Source: Deltaproteobacteria bacterium
Lineage (GTDB): Bacteria; Myxococcota_A; UBA796; SXON01
Assembly: GCA_947484175.1 (NCBI GenBank)
Contig: CANKOI010000008.1
Location: forward strand, 2,637 to 66,636
DNA length: 64,000 bases
Direction of reading: 5' to 3'
Shown: one piece after another, positions 26,182 to 37,244 of the stretch
How positions within the stretch are numbered: position 1 is the first letter of the stretch
How the letters are laid out: each line of letters starts with the position of its first letter
Program-made: the position numbers and the translations under genes
The notes under the pieces: model-generated
What the model was told of the DNA's origin: nothing
Databases searched by the model: none
What the model saw: the letters and a program-made list of their open reading frames with translations, nothing else

Positions 26182-27138
26182 CTACTCCAACGTGTAGCTG
26201 AACGTGACCGGCCGCCCGCGCCGCACGAGCCGCACCTCGATGTGCGACTCCTTCCGCAGCTTGAAGTAGGCGCCGATGGCCCCGAAAATGTCGTGCACTT
26301 CGAGGCCGTTGATGGTCTGCACCACATCGCCGGTGCGCAGGCCGGTGTCGCGGAGGATGCTGCACCGCGCCACGGCCACGCGGAACCCGCGTAGCTTGCC
26401 GTCTTCGGCGCGGTGGGGGCGAACCGAGCCCAGCTTCATCAGCTCTCGGAGGTTGCCCGCGTAGTGCTCCACCACGGTGCGGCGAACGTTCCAGTCGGTC
26501 GGCGAGGTGCGCTGCACGCCGTCGTCTTCGACAAGCGGGCAAGTGCGCACGTGCCCCTTGCCGGCCGGACGGCGCCCGCTCGGCTGAAACGCCTTGCCCT
26601 GCTTGTGGGGCTTCCCCGTGGCTACGACTGCGTCCGCGACGGGCTCCGTGGGGGTGGCCTCCTCGGGGGCAGGCGCCTCGGCGGCCGGCTCCGCGTTCGC
26701 GTCCGCCGCCGCCTCCACCGACTCAGGCGCGCTCGGCTCCGCCGCCGCCTGCGGGGCCTCAGGAGCCTCGGCCGACGGCTCGGGAGGCTGCTCCACGGCG
26801 ACCACCTCGGCGGTGGGAGCAGGGGAAGGGGGAGGCGCAGCGGGCGGAGCGGGCGCAGCGGGCGCCGCCACGGGAGGAGCCTCGGCCGGCGGCGCCGGCG
26901 CGTCCACCACGATGCCGATGGAAACGAGTCGCGCAGCCGGACCGGCCCCCTCAGCGGCGGTCGCCTCGGCCTCGTAGACGGCCTCGCTCTCCGCGGTGCC
27001 TCCGAAGTCGGCCTCCCCCTCGCCAAGGCCCTCCGCCCGGGTGATCGGCATTGGGCTGGCGGCCCACACACCCCCGATCACGCCGACATGCAGAACACCG
27101 CTGAACAGCACGGACAGGGAGCGGCGGCGAAGCGACAT
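26182..27138 (-). CDS. Membrane-anchored PDZ-domain protein with Pro/Ala-rich linker (GspC-like)
   Basis: Start at MSLRRRSLSVLFSGVLHVGVIGGVW (TM anchor). A long PAPPA-type linker follows. The C-terminal PDZ-like block is GFRVAVARCSILRDTGLRTGDVVQTINGLEV. Confidence 0.7.
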   Translation of the reverse strand: MSLRRRSLSVLFSGVLHVGVIGGVWAASPMPITRAEGLGEGEADFGGTAESEAVYEAEATAAEGAGPAARLVSIGIVVDAPAPPAEAPPVAAPAAPAPPAAPPPSPAPTAEVVAVEQPPEPSAEAPEAPQAAAEPSAPESVEAAADANAEPAAEAPAPEEATPTEPVADAVVATGKPHKQGKAFQPSGRRPAGKGHVRTCPLVEDDGVQRTSPTDWNVRRTVVEHYAGNLRELMKLGSVRPHRAEDGKLRGFRVAVARCSILRDTGLRTGDVVQTINGLEVHDIFGAIGAYFKLRKESHIEVRLVRRGRPVTFSYTLE

Positions 27139-27148
27139 GGTCAGCCGT

Positions 27149-28396
27149 TCAACGATCGTCGGCCGGCGACCATTCACGCTCCCCGGCACGCCACCACAGG
27201 AGCGCGAACAGCGCCGCCTCCGCCATCGTCTTGCTCTCGCGGGTGAGCCAACTGAGCCCGGCAGGCAGCTCGGCCTGCGCGGCGCGGAGCCACGGCAGCG
27301 GCCACGCGAGGAAGAACCAGACGGCCGCCAAGGACGCCCACCAGCCCACAGCTCGAAGCGGGTGCCCCTCGCGGCGTGCGGCTCCGGCAGCCCGCGCCAC
27401 CTCTCCAGCCGCGATGCCCACGGCCACCAGTAGGAAGACGAGGTGGTGTTCGTAGGTGTAGACCGGTGCCACCACCATCAAGACGGTCAGCGCGCCGATC
27501 GAGGCGGGGCTCTCGGGCCGATGGCGCACCCGCCAGGCCCACGCACCGATCAGGGCGACGAGGCTGAGCGCCGCCGCCCGCTGGGCCCCTTTCCCCAAGA
27601 GCTCGCCGGGGTCGGGGAGGAGCCGGTCCCAGAGATCGGGCAGCGAGTGGTTGGCTTGCAGCGAGATGGGAACGGTGAGGCCGTGGTAGTCGCCGGTGGA
27701 AAAGCCGGGCAGGATTTCGAGGTAGAACTGCCGTTGCACCGCAAACGGCACGAGCGGGAGGCTCAGCACGCTCAGCCCCACCGCGGTGGCGACCGCTGCG
27801 AGCACGGCGCGCCGATTGCCCGCGAGCAGCCACGCGAGGAGGAACAGCGCGGGCGACATCTTGAACATCGCGGCCGTGCCCACGAGCACGCCGCCCACCA
27901 CCGGCCGCGAGCGAGCCACGGCCAACCCCGCGAGCGCCGGCGCGAGGGCGAGGAGGTTGGCCTGCCCCATCCACGCGTTGTCCGGGATGGGCGACCACGT
28001 GCAGAGCAGGGCGCCCGCCGCCCACAACGGCACCCCGAAGCGCCACACCCCGAGGCCCAAGCACAAGAACAGGAGCGCCTCGTTCAGCCCGAACCACAGC
28101 TCGAACGCCGCCTGCAAGGACACCGCGCCCACCCAGGCCACCGCAAGAACGAAGGGCGGCGGGTAGAAGAAGGGGTTCACGCCCTTGCGGGTGCCGTCGG
28201 CCCGCGCGGCGGCCGAAAGCGCCTTCGTGTCGTAGGCGTTGCCGCCTTCTAGGGCCACCTCCGCGGCGTAGTAGTAGCTGGAGAAGTCGCGGGCCCCCTT
28301 CGAGCCGTGCACCTTCTTCCACGCGGGCCCCGCCTGCAACAAGAGGTGCCCCACGAGCGCGAGGAGCAGGAGCACGGCGGGGAGGTGGCGACGCAC
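27149..28396 (-). CDS. Polytopic membrane glycosyltransferase (GT87/DUF2029-like)
   Basis: 415 aa with about 10 hydrophobic helices. The N-terminal loop motif is DFSSYYYAA...NPFFYPPPF. The family assignment is by resemblance. Confidence 0.65.
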   Translation of the reverse strand: MRRHLPAVLLLLALVGHLLLQAGPAWKKVHGSKGARDFSSYYYAAEVALEGGNAYDTKALSAAARADGTRKGVNPFFYPPPFVLAVAWVGAVSLQAAFELWFGLNEALLFLCLGLGVWRFGVPLWAAGALLCTWSPIPDNAWMGQANLLALAPALAGLAVARSRPVVGGVLVGTAAMFKMSPALFLLAWLLAGNRRAVLAAVATAVGLSVLSLPLVPFAVQRQFYLEILPGFSTGDYHGLTVPISLQANHSLPDLWDRLLPDPGELLGKGAQRAAALSLVALIGAWAWRVRHRPESPASIGALTVLMVVAPVYTYEHHLVFLLVAVGIAAGEVARAAGAARREGHPLRAVGWWASLAAVWFFLAWPLPWLRAAQAELPAGLSWLTRESKTMAEAALFALLWWRAGEREWSPADDR

Positions 28397-28493
28397 CCGG
28401 CAATGTCACCCGCGGAGGCGGGCTGCGCCCCCCGGCGCGGGAGCCCCACTCGACCGCGGTAGCGCCTCCGCCCGGCGCGGGTGAGGCTGCCGG

Positions 28494-29495
28494 ATGTCGC
28501 TGTGGCGCCTGGCCTCCGCTGTCCCCCTCGCGCTCAGCGCCTGCGGCCCGCGCTTGCCGCCAGCGGCGCCCATCCCGGAGGAGGCGGTGCGCCACGAGGT
28601 GCTCACCACCGAACCCTTCCGCCAACGCCTTCCCAGCAAGCCGGCCGACCTCGTGATCCGCTACGGTGCTGAAAACCACGGCTCGTTGGAGACCTGCGGA
28701 TGCCCCCGCCGCCCCCGTGGCGCCCTCGCCCGCTGGGCCGGCTACGCCGAGGCCGCCGACGCTGCGGCCCCCGCCCCCAGCGTGCGCCTCCACGCCGGCT
28801 ACTGGCTCGCCGACGCCCTGGACTACATGGGCCAACCGCGCCTCGACGCCGAGGAGATGGACCGCTGGGCGATGCTCGGCCTCTCCGCCGCCGGCTTCGA
28901 CGCGCTGAACGTCAGCGCCCACGACGTGGCAGGGCTCGTGCGCGTGCCCCCCGACCCCACGCTGCCGTTGGTGAGCGCGAACATCTCCGGCCCCGGCATC
29001 CGCAAGTGGGTGATCGTGGAGCGCGGCGGGCAGCGGGTGGGGGTCACGGGGATCAGCGGTGAGGCGGCGTCGATGGCGGACACATCGGCCTACCCGATGG
29101 TGGCGCCCTCGCAAGCGGCGCCGGTGCTGGCGGAGTTGGTGGCGCAGACCGACGTGGTGGTGCTCCTCGCGTGGAACGCCAACGAGGCGGTGCGGGGACT
29201 GTTGAAGGCGGTTCCCGGCATCGACGTGGTGATCGATGCGGGCTTCTACATCGACTCGCTGCCGCCCGTGCTCAGCCGCGGCGCGGTCTGGACGTTCGCG
29301 GAGTACCAGATGGTGCGAGCCGGCGAGCTGCGCCTCACGCTCGATGCGGGGCGGGTGGTCGGGGCGGTGGACCGCCACATTGACCTCGACGACGCGGTGC
29401 CCGATCGGGCCGACATCCTCTCGATCCAGCGCAGGGCCCGCACGGCCATCGACGCCGTGCAGCGCGAGCACTACGGCGGGGGCGGAGCCGGATAG
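28494..29495 (+). CDS. Hypothetical lipoprotein (possible metallophosphatase/5'-nucleotidase-like, tentative)
   Basis: Signal and lipobox AVPLALSAC. The motif ENHGSLETCGCP and later NISGP...VGVTGI blocks recall UshA-like proteins. The family is not secure. Confidence 0.6.
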   Translation: MSLWRLASAVPLALSACGPRLPPAAPIPEEAVRHEVLTTEPFRQRLPSKPADLVIRYGAENHGSLETCGCPRRPRGALARWAGYAEAADAAAPAPSVRLHAGYWLADALDYMGQPRLDAEEMDRWAMLGLSAAGFDALNVSAHDVAGLVRVPPDPTLPLVSANISGPGIRKWVIVERGGQRVGVTGISGEAASMADTSAYPMVAPSQAAPVLAELVAQTDVVVLLAWNANEAVRGLLKAVPGIDVVIDAGFYIDSLPPVLSRGAVWTFAEYQMVRAGELRLTLDAGRVVGAVDRHIDLDDAVPDRADILSIQRRARTAIDAVQREHYGGGGAG

Positions 29496-29506
29496 ACTCC
29501 CCCGCG

Positions 29507-30877
<1,371 letters not shown>

Positions 30878-30880
30878 CGC

Positions 30881-31792
30881 TCAGGTCTTGCCGACGACCA
30901 CGCTGTAGCCAATCGTGCCGCTCCGGTCGGCGAGCGCCAGGAGCTGGTTGATGAGCGCGAAGCCCATGGCCTGAGCGAGGCCGCGGCGACCGATGTCGCT
31001 CCGGAACTCCTTGCTCTTGGCGCGGCAATACGGTGCCCAAACGCGGTCGCCGATCTCCTGCGTCGTGACGTTGAAGCCGAGATCGCGGAGCTGCGCGGCA
31101 AACTCCGGGGCGGTCAGGATGTTCTCGGAAGGCATTTTCCACGCCCGCGCGGCGAGTTGAACCAGCGGTAGCCACGCCCCCGGGGGTCGCCGCAGCGTCG
31201 CATCGCAGATTCCGAGCACGCCGCCTGGCCGGAGGATCGCCTTCGCCGAGCGGAAGAACTCCACCCGCCCCTTCATCTGCGAGGTCCCTTCGACGCAGAT
31301 CACGTGGGTGGCAAACTCCTTCCCGAACAGCTTGTCGATCTGGGTACCCGAGCCGAGGATCACCTCGATGTGCTCGGACAGCCCGTGCTTGGCGATGAGT
31401 CGATTCGACCGGACCACGTGCTGGGGCGTGAGGTCCACGCCCACGATCCTCTTGGGCCGGAACTTCTCGTAGAGATGAATCAGCTCCTTGCCCATTCCGG
31501 GGGCCACGTCGACCACCACCGATTCGCCGGGAACGAGGCTGAGGCCCCGGAACAGCTCGTCCCACATGTTGGCCGCTGCCTGCGCGTAGGTATCGGATGC
31601 GCTCCGCCACAGTCCGTAGGTCAGCTCCCAGTTGAGGTCGTCGTCCACGCGGTCGAGGCCCGTGCCGTAGAACGCGGCCACGCCGCGCTCGTGGGCGAGC
31701 CTCGTCTCGGTGTTCGAATCGCTCACGTTCAACCAGTCTTGGAATAACGCGTACTTGGAGGCAGAACACGCGAAGCGCGCCGAGGCCGACAC
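30881..31792 (-). CDS. Class I SAM-dependent methyltransferase (small-molecule type)
   Basis: The motif I region is VVDVAPGMGKE, and the protein is Rossmann-like throughout. The start is uncertain: GTG at 31792 or 31726. The ORF's annotated ATG at 32050 would overlap the divergent helicase gene. Confidence 0.75.
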   Translation of the reverse strand: MSASARFACSASKYALFQDWLNVSDSNTETRLAHERGVAAFYGTGLDRVDDDLNWELTYGLWRSASDTYAQAAANMWDELFRGLSLVPGESVVVDVAPGMGKELIHLYEKFRPKRIVGVDLTPQHVVRSNRLIAKHGLSEHIEVILGSGTQIDKLFGKEFATHVICVEGTSQMKGRVEFFRSAKAILRPGGVLGICDATLRRPPGAWLPLVQLAARAWKMPSENILTAPEFAAQLRDLGFNVTTQEIGDRVWAPYCRAKSKEFRSDIGRRGLAQAMGFALINQLLALADRSGTIGYSVVVGKT

Positions 31793-31921
31793 GGCGCCTG
31801 CCCGATCGCCGAGAGGAGCGGATCGCCGAGCTGTTGCTCGTGGTGGGCAACAGCGGGGGGCAGCCAAGCTGATCCCGAGTTCGACGTCGACCCCGCCGGC
31901 GCGGCCCGGTAGGTTCTCCGA

Positions 31922-34900
31922 ATGGGCTCCTTTCGCCGTCCCGAACTGACTGCCGGCGTCTACGACGAGCTCGTCACGCGACACTCCGCCGCCCTGCTCG
32001 CCGCGCTCGCCACGGAGCACGACGTCGTGCGAAAGGCGATCGGCGCGCAAGAAGACCTCGTCTCCCCGCTCACGAGCCTACTGAACGAGGCGATCGGTCT
32101 CGCCTTCGCTCAACTCCGGCGCGAACCGGAGAGGAGTCTGGCGCTCGCCGAGGCAGTCCTTCGCCTGCTCAGCGGCACCGACCACCTACTGGGCACTTCT
32201 GATGAACTCAGCCTGCTGCCCGAACGCATTCGAGCGATCGTCGCGCGTCCGGCCTCCCCGCCAGAGCTTCCTCTCGGGTCGCTCCACACATCGCGGCTCC
32301 TGGTGAACTCGGAAGGCGAATCCCTGCTCGATCACCTGCGCAGCGAGTTTGACTCGGCAGACAGTGTCGATCTCCTGTGCTCGTTCGTGAAGCTCAGCGG
32401 CGTAGAAAAGCTGCGTGTCGCTCTGGAGCGCCACAGCGAAACGCGCCGTCGCCCCCTACGCGTGCTGACGACCACCTACATGCGAGCAACCGACGCGCTC
32501 GCTGTCGAACGACTCGCCGCGCTGCCGGCCTGCGAAGTCAAGGTCTCCTACGACGCCTCGATGACCCGTCTCCACGCGAAAGCCTGGGTTTTTCATCGCA
32601 AGAGCGGGTACTCCACCGCGTTCGTCGGCTCCTCGAACCTCTCCCACGCCGCGCAGACCGATGGTCTGGAGTGGAACGTGCGCCTCACCGAGCAGGACCA
32701 ACCAGCCGTGTTGGCCCAGATGGTTGAGACCTTCAAGCAGTATTGGAACGACCTATACAAGTTTGAGCGGTTCGACGGCTCCACGGCGCACCGCACCCGG
32801 CTGCGCGCCGCGCTCGCGCCCGAGGAGTCCCAGACGGTGAACGCCTGGTTCGATCTGGAAGCCAAGGACTACCAACGACCCGTGCTCGCCGAGCTGTCTC
32901 GAGCTCGCGCTCTGGGTCGGCACCGCAACCTGCTCGTCGCCGCCACCGGGACCGGGAAGACGGTCATGGCCGCGCTTGACTACCGGGCGATGCGTGAAGC
33001 AGGGGAGATCGATTCGCTGCTGTTCGTCGCGCACCGGAAAGAGATTCTGGTGCAGGCGAGGCAGACTTTCCGCGCCGCTCTACGGTCCGCCACGTTTGGA
33101 GAGCTGTGGGTTGACGGGCTTCGGCCGACCGTCGGGCGACACGTCTTTGCGTCGATCGAGTCGCTCGGGGAAGCTGACGTCAGCGGGTTCGAAATGGTGA
33201 TCGTCGATGAGGCCCACCATTCGGCTGCCCGCACCTGGGACACCCTCCTCACCCGGCTCTCGCCCCGCGAGCTGCTCGGCCTGACCGGCACCCCAGAGCG
33301 GACGGATGGCTGGTCCTACTCCACTCACTTTCCCCCGCCGTGGGTCGGAAACCTGCGGGTGTGGAACGCGATCCCCGACGCGCTCGTGCCTTTCCGCTAC
33401 TACGTGATCGATGTGGACGAGGTGAGCCTGGCCGACGTGGCTTGGGTGTCCGGTCGCTACGCCCCTGAGGCGCTCGCCGGCAAGTTGGTAACGGCCGCGG
33501 ATGTGTTCGTGGAGAGGGCTGTCAAGGCCGTGCACGAGTACGTCGCCCGACCGGAGGGCATGCGCGCACTCGCCTTCTGCGCGAACATCGCCCACGCGAA
33601 GGCGGTGCACGCGTGCCTCACGGTGCGAGGACTGCGGGCGCAGGTGCTCACGGGCCAGACCGGCTCGGCCGAGCGCGAAGCGGCACAGGGCGCCCTGAAC
33701 GCCGGTAGCCTGCAGGTGCTTTGTGTCGTGGACCTCTACAACGAGGGCGTCGACGTCCCCAACGTCAACACCCTCCTCTTCTTCCGCCCCACAGAGAGCG
33801 CTACGGTCTTCCTCCAGCAACTCGGCCGAGGACTCCGGCGCGCGCGAGACAAGGCGGAACTGGTCGTGTTCGACCTCACCGGACGCCAGCGAGCCGAGTT
33901 TCGTTTCGACCAACGGCTTCGCGGCTTGCTGGGGCATACACCCCGCCAGCTTCGAGAGTTCGTCGACCAGGGCTTCGGCAGGCTCCCCGCCGGGTGCCAC
34001 GTGGTGTTCGGTGAGCGATCGCGTGCCGACATCCTCGCCCAGCTTCGAAGGTCAATCCCCGATAGTTTCAAGGGCCTGTGCGCCTTGCTCGCGGAACCAG
34101 TTCACGCTCACCTCTCGCTCGCTGGCTTCCTCGAAGAGACGGAGGTCTCGCTTGAGGACATCTACCGGTACCGCGAGTCGTGGCGTTCGCTCAGGTTGTC
34201 CGCCGGGCTCATTGTCTCGCCGATGCTCGCCGCTGGCGAGGAAGAGGCGCTGGCCAACGTCCACAAGCTTCTCCACGTGGGTGGCGAGCGGCTCGAGGCT
34301 TGGGGGCTGCTTCAGACCGGAGGGTGGCCCAGCGACGAGGCAGGTCAACGGTGCGCCCGCATGCTGTTCGCCGTCCTCTACGGCAAGGAGGTCGCTGCGG
34401 ATGACGATGCGTGTCGGGAACGAATCGCCGCCCACGCAGCGGTCCGCGCCGAGCTTGCGGAGCTGATTCCCGTGCTCCGCGCCCGAAACGCCACCCTCGC
34501 TGAAGGGACTAGGTTGTCCACCGACAACCCGCTATCGCTTCACGAGCGCTACCTCGGCGTCGAGGTCAGTGTCGCATTCAACCAGCGGACACCCACCGGC
34601 GCATTTCGTGAGTACTACACCGGCGTGGAGCGCGCGGGCGAAAAGGCCTACGACCTCCTGTTCGTCACGCTGGCGAAGTCGGCAGCCACGAAAGAACATC
34701 TCAAGTACCGGGACTTCCCGCTCCACGAGCAGCGATTCCACTGGCAGTCCAAGTCGCGGACGCGCCGGTCGACGGAAGACGGCCGCCGCCTTCTCGACCC
34801 CGCGGGCGAAGGCTGTACGGCCCTGCTCTTCGTGCGCGAGCGTGCCGACGAGCGCTCGCAGGTGACGATGGCGTTTCGTTATCTTGGCCCTGTCGACCCC

Positions 34901-34996
34901 GACGGCGACGACGGCGAGCGCCCCATCACCATCGAGTGGGCGCTGCGCCATCCGATGCCCGGCTCGCTGGCGCGGGAGGGAAGGGTGGCGGGGTGA
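31922..34996 (+). CDS. Single-chain PLD-family nuclease / SF2 DEAH helicase / DUF3427-like C-terminal domain protein
   Basis: 1024 aa. The HKD motif is RLHAKAWVFHRKSGYSTAFVGSSNLS. Helicase motifs are AATGTGKT, VDEAHH and LGLTGTPER. The C-terminal block FVTLAKS...YRDFPLHEQRFHWQSKS resembles DUF3427 as I recall it. Confidence 0.88.
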   Translation: MGSFRRPELTAGVYDELVTRHSAALLAALATEHDVVRKAIGAQEDLVSPLTSLLNEAIGLAFAQLRREPERSLALAEAVLRLLSGTDHLLGTSDELSLLPERIRAIVARPASPPELPLGSLHTSRLLVNSEGESLLDHLRSEFDSADSVDLLCSFVKLSGVEKLRVALERHSETRRRPLRVLTTTYMRATDALAVERLAALPACEVKVSYDASMTRLHAKAWVFHRKSGYSTAFVGSSNLSHAAQTDGLEWNVRLTEQDQPAVLAQMVETFKQYWNDLYKFERFDGSTAHRTRLRAALAPEESQTVNAWFDLEAKDYQRPVLAELSRARALGRHRNLLVAATGTGKTVMAALDYRAMREAGEIDSLLFVAHRKEILVQARQTFRAALRSATFGELWVDGLRPTVGRHVFASIESLGEADVSGFEMVIVDEAHHSAARTWDTLLTRLSPRELLGLTGTPERTDGWSYSTHFPPPWVGNLRVWNAIPDALVPFRYYVIDVDEVSLADVAWVSGRYAPEALAGKLVTAADVFVERAVKAVHEYVARPEGMRALAFCANIAHAKAVHACLTVRGLRAQVLTGQTGSAEREAAQGALNAGSLQVLCVVDLYNEGVDVPNVNTLLFFRPTESATVFLQQLGRGLRRARDKAELVVFDLTGRQRAEFRFDQRLRGLLGHTPRQLREFVDQGFGRLPAGCHVVFGERSRADILAQLRRSIPDSFKGLCALLAEPVHAHLSLAGFLEETEVSLEDIYRYRESWRSLRLSAGLIVSPMLAAGEEEALANVHKLLHVGGERLEAWGLLQTGGWPSDEAGQRCARMLFAVLYGKEVAADDDACRERIAAHAAVRAELAELIPVLRARNATLAEGTRLSTDNPLSLHERYLGVEVSVAFNQRTPTGAFREYYTGVERAGEKAYDLLFVTLAKSAATKEHLKYRDFPLHEQRFHWQSKSRTRRSTEDGRRLLDPAGEGCTALLFVRERADERSQVTMAFRYLGPVDPDGDDGERPITIEWALRHPMPGSLAREGRVAG

Positions 34997-35097
34997 GGGG
35001 CAGCGCAGAGCGACCGAAGTCGATGGGTGAGCCGCCACCCTGCGACTTCGGTCGCACCGCAACGCTCCGTGCTATTCTGCGCGGCCGAGGGGTTCCG

Positions 35098-36432
35098 ATG
35101 CCACTTCTGCTTCAGCTCGCGGCGTGCGGAAACGACGTCTCCGTCAGCAGCTACAACGAGCCGCCTACCGCGAGCATCCAGTCGCCGCCCAACGGCACCA
35201 CGCGCAAAGAAGGCGAGATCATCGACTTCATCGGCACCGCCAACGACGACCAGACGCCCAGCAACCTGCTGTTCATCCAGTGGTCGAGCGACATCGACAG
35301 CGTGCTCACCAACGAGAAGGCCTGCGCGGTGAGCGGCTCCTGCACCTACTCCACCGCCCAGCTCACGCCGGGAAACCACACCATCACGCTGAGCGCGGGC
35401 GACGAACAGGGCGAAACCGCGGAGTCGCACATCACCGTCGTGATCGAGGAGGTGCCCGACGCGCCCACCATCCAGATGGTTCACCCGGCCGCGGGCGAAA
35501 CGACCGATGAAGGCGACGACTTCACGTTCATGGTGCAGGTCTCCGACGAGCAAGACACGCCCGACCTCCTCTACCTGAGCTTCAACTACGAGGGCGATGC
35601 CGGGCTCACGGAGTTCTGCGCCCCGAAAGCCGATGCCACCGGCATCGCCGCCTGCGAGGCGGAGATTCCTGGAGGCACGCAGCACTTGCTGTTCACCGTC
35701 ATCGATCAGGACGGCTTGAGCGACACCGCCGAGGCCTTCTTCGTGGTGCGCCCCCTCACGCAGATCGACAACGACGGCGACGGGTTCACCGAAGAGATGG
35801 GCGACTGCGACGACGACGACAACCTCAGCTACCCCGGCGGCACCGAGATCGAAGACGGCAGCGACAACGACTGCGACGAGATCGTCGACGAAGGCACCCG
35901 CGGCTACGACGACGACGGCGACGGCTATTCCGAGAACGACGGCGACTGCGACGACACCACCCTCGCGCTGGGCCCCGAAGCCGCGGAGAGCTGCAACGGC
36001 CTTGACGACAACTGCGACGGCACCGCCGACACCGAGGGCGCCACCGGCTGCTCCAACTACTACTACGACTACGACGGCGACGGGTACGGCAGCTCCTCTG
36101 TGTCCGCGAAGTGCCTCTGCACCGACAGCGGCTACTACCGCAGCGGCTACGACAACGACTGCTACGACTACAACGTGTCCGCGAGCCCGGCCGCCACCTC
36201 GTACAGCACCGCCCAGCGCGGCGACGGCAGCTGGGACTGGAACTGCGACGGCAACGAAACGAAGTACTACCCCTCCGTGGGCACCTGCTCGGGCGCGCTG
36301 TGGGTCTGCTCCTGGGCGAGCGGGTGGAGCGGAACGGTGCGCGCCTGCGGGAGCAGCGGGGACTGGATCGACGGGTGCGACGGAATTCTGTGTGATTCGA
36401 GCACCACCCCCGTCACGCAGCCCTGCATCTAG
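35098..36432 (+). CDS. Cys/Asp-rich lipoprotein with Ig-like domains and MopE-like metal-binding-type repeats
   Basis: Lipobox MPLLLQLAAC (an alternative ATG lies at 35023). Repeats: DNDGDGFTEEMGDCDDDD, DDDGDGYSENDGDCDD, CNGLDDNCDG, YDYDGDGYG. The C-terminal tail is Cys-rich. Confidence 0.8.
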   Translation: MPLLLQLAACGNDVSVSSYNEPPTASIQSPPNGTTRKEGEIIDFIGTANDDQTPSNLLFIQWSSDIDSVLTNEKACAVSGSCTYSTAQLTPGNHTITLSAGDEQGETAESHITVVIEEVPDAPTIQMVHPAAGETTDEGDDFTFMVQVSDEQDTPDLLYLSFNYEGDAGLTEFCAPKADATGIAACEAEIPGGTQHLLFTVIDQDGLSDTAEAFFVVRPLTQIDNDGDGFTEEMGDCDDDDNLSYPGGTEIEDGSDNDCDEIVDEGTRGYDDDGDGYSENDGDCDDTTLALGPEAAESCNGLDDNCDGTADTEGATGCSNYYYDYDGDGYGSSSVSAKCLCTDSGYYRSGYDNDCYDYNVSASPAATSYSTAQRGDGSWDWNCDGNETKYYPSVGTCSGALWVCSWASGWSGTVRACGSSGDWIDGCDGILCDSSTTPVTQPCI

Positions 36433-36457
36433 GCGGCGAGCCCTCCCGAAAGCCCCG

Positions 36458-37222
36458 CTAGAAGTCCTGGGCCCCCTTGCCGCTCGGCGCTTCGAGCTTC
36501 ACCAGCCGGATGGTGAGGCCGTCGATGGGGCTCTCCGACACGGTCACCGGGTAACGGTCGGCGGTGCCGCGGGGGTCCTGGGGGCCGGGGCGGCCGTCCT
36601 TGTCTTCGTCCACTACGGCTTCCACGTAGAGGCGGCCGCTGTTCTGGGGCACCTGAAGCGTGAAGGCGCCCGGGCGATCGAGGCGGGCCGAGGCCACCAC
36701 GCCCGGGCGGTTGCCGTGCACGGTGTGGTCGCCGTCGAAGGCGTCGATGCGCACGCCTCCCGCGCGCCACTTCGTGTACTCCACGACGCCCTCCACCGTA
36801 ACGGTAGGTCCCGCGTCGGGAGGCGGCTGCACGGCCGCGCCCGCTACGCCGCCGCCCACCGGCCCCCCGCCTTCGGCGTGGGGCGCCCCCCCCGGCGAGC
36901 CTTCGGGGGCGGGCTCGGGCTCCTCGGCCACGCCCGGCACCTGGGGCGCCGTCACCGCCACCGGCGCGCCCGGGCCTTCGTACCCGAAGGGCGGGGGCTC
37001 GCCGCCCCCCGGAGGAGGCGGCACCTTGCCGTCCGCGCCCGCGACGGGCGGCACCCCACCGACGGCGCCGCCGGGTGCGCCGCCGGGCGGAGCGCCCCCC
37101 GGCTGCGCCCCGCTGCCGGCCGCCTTCGCCGCCGCCTCTTCCCGCGCCCGCTGGAGGATCGGATCCTCCCCGCAGGCGGTCATTCCAAGGAGCGTGGCGG
37201 CGAATACAAACGGCAGACGCAT
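36458..37222 (-). CDS. Hypothetical lipoprotein with Gly/Pro-rich linker and beta-sandwich-like C-terminus
   Basis: The internal ATG at 37222 gives the signal MRLPFVFAATLLGMTAC. A long PGG/APG low-complexity linker follows. The C-terminal region is TVTVEGVVEY...RLYVEAVVDEDKDGRPG. Confidence 0.7.
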   Translation of the reverse strand: MRLPFVFAATLLGMTACGEDPILQRAREEAAAKAAGSGAQPGGAPPGGAPGGAVGGVPPVAGADGKVPPPPGGGEPPPFGYEGPGAPVAVTAPQVPGVAEEPEPAPEGSPGGAPHAEGGGPVGGGVAGAAVQPPPDAGPTVTVEGVVEYTKWRAGGVRIDAFDGDHTVHGNRPGVVASARLDRPGAFTLQVPQNSGRLYVEAVVDEDKDGRPGPQDPRGTADRYPVTVSESPIDGLTIRLVKLEAPSGKGAQDF

Positions 37223-37244
37223 CGACAGGTAGTATAGCGACCGA

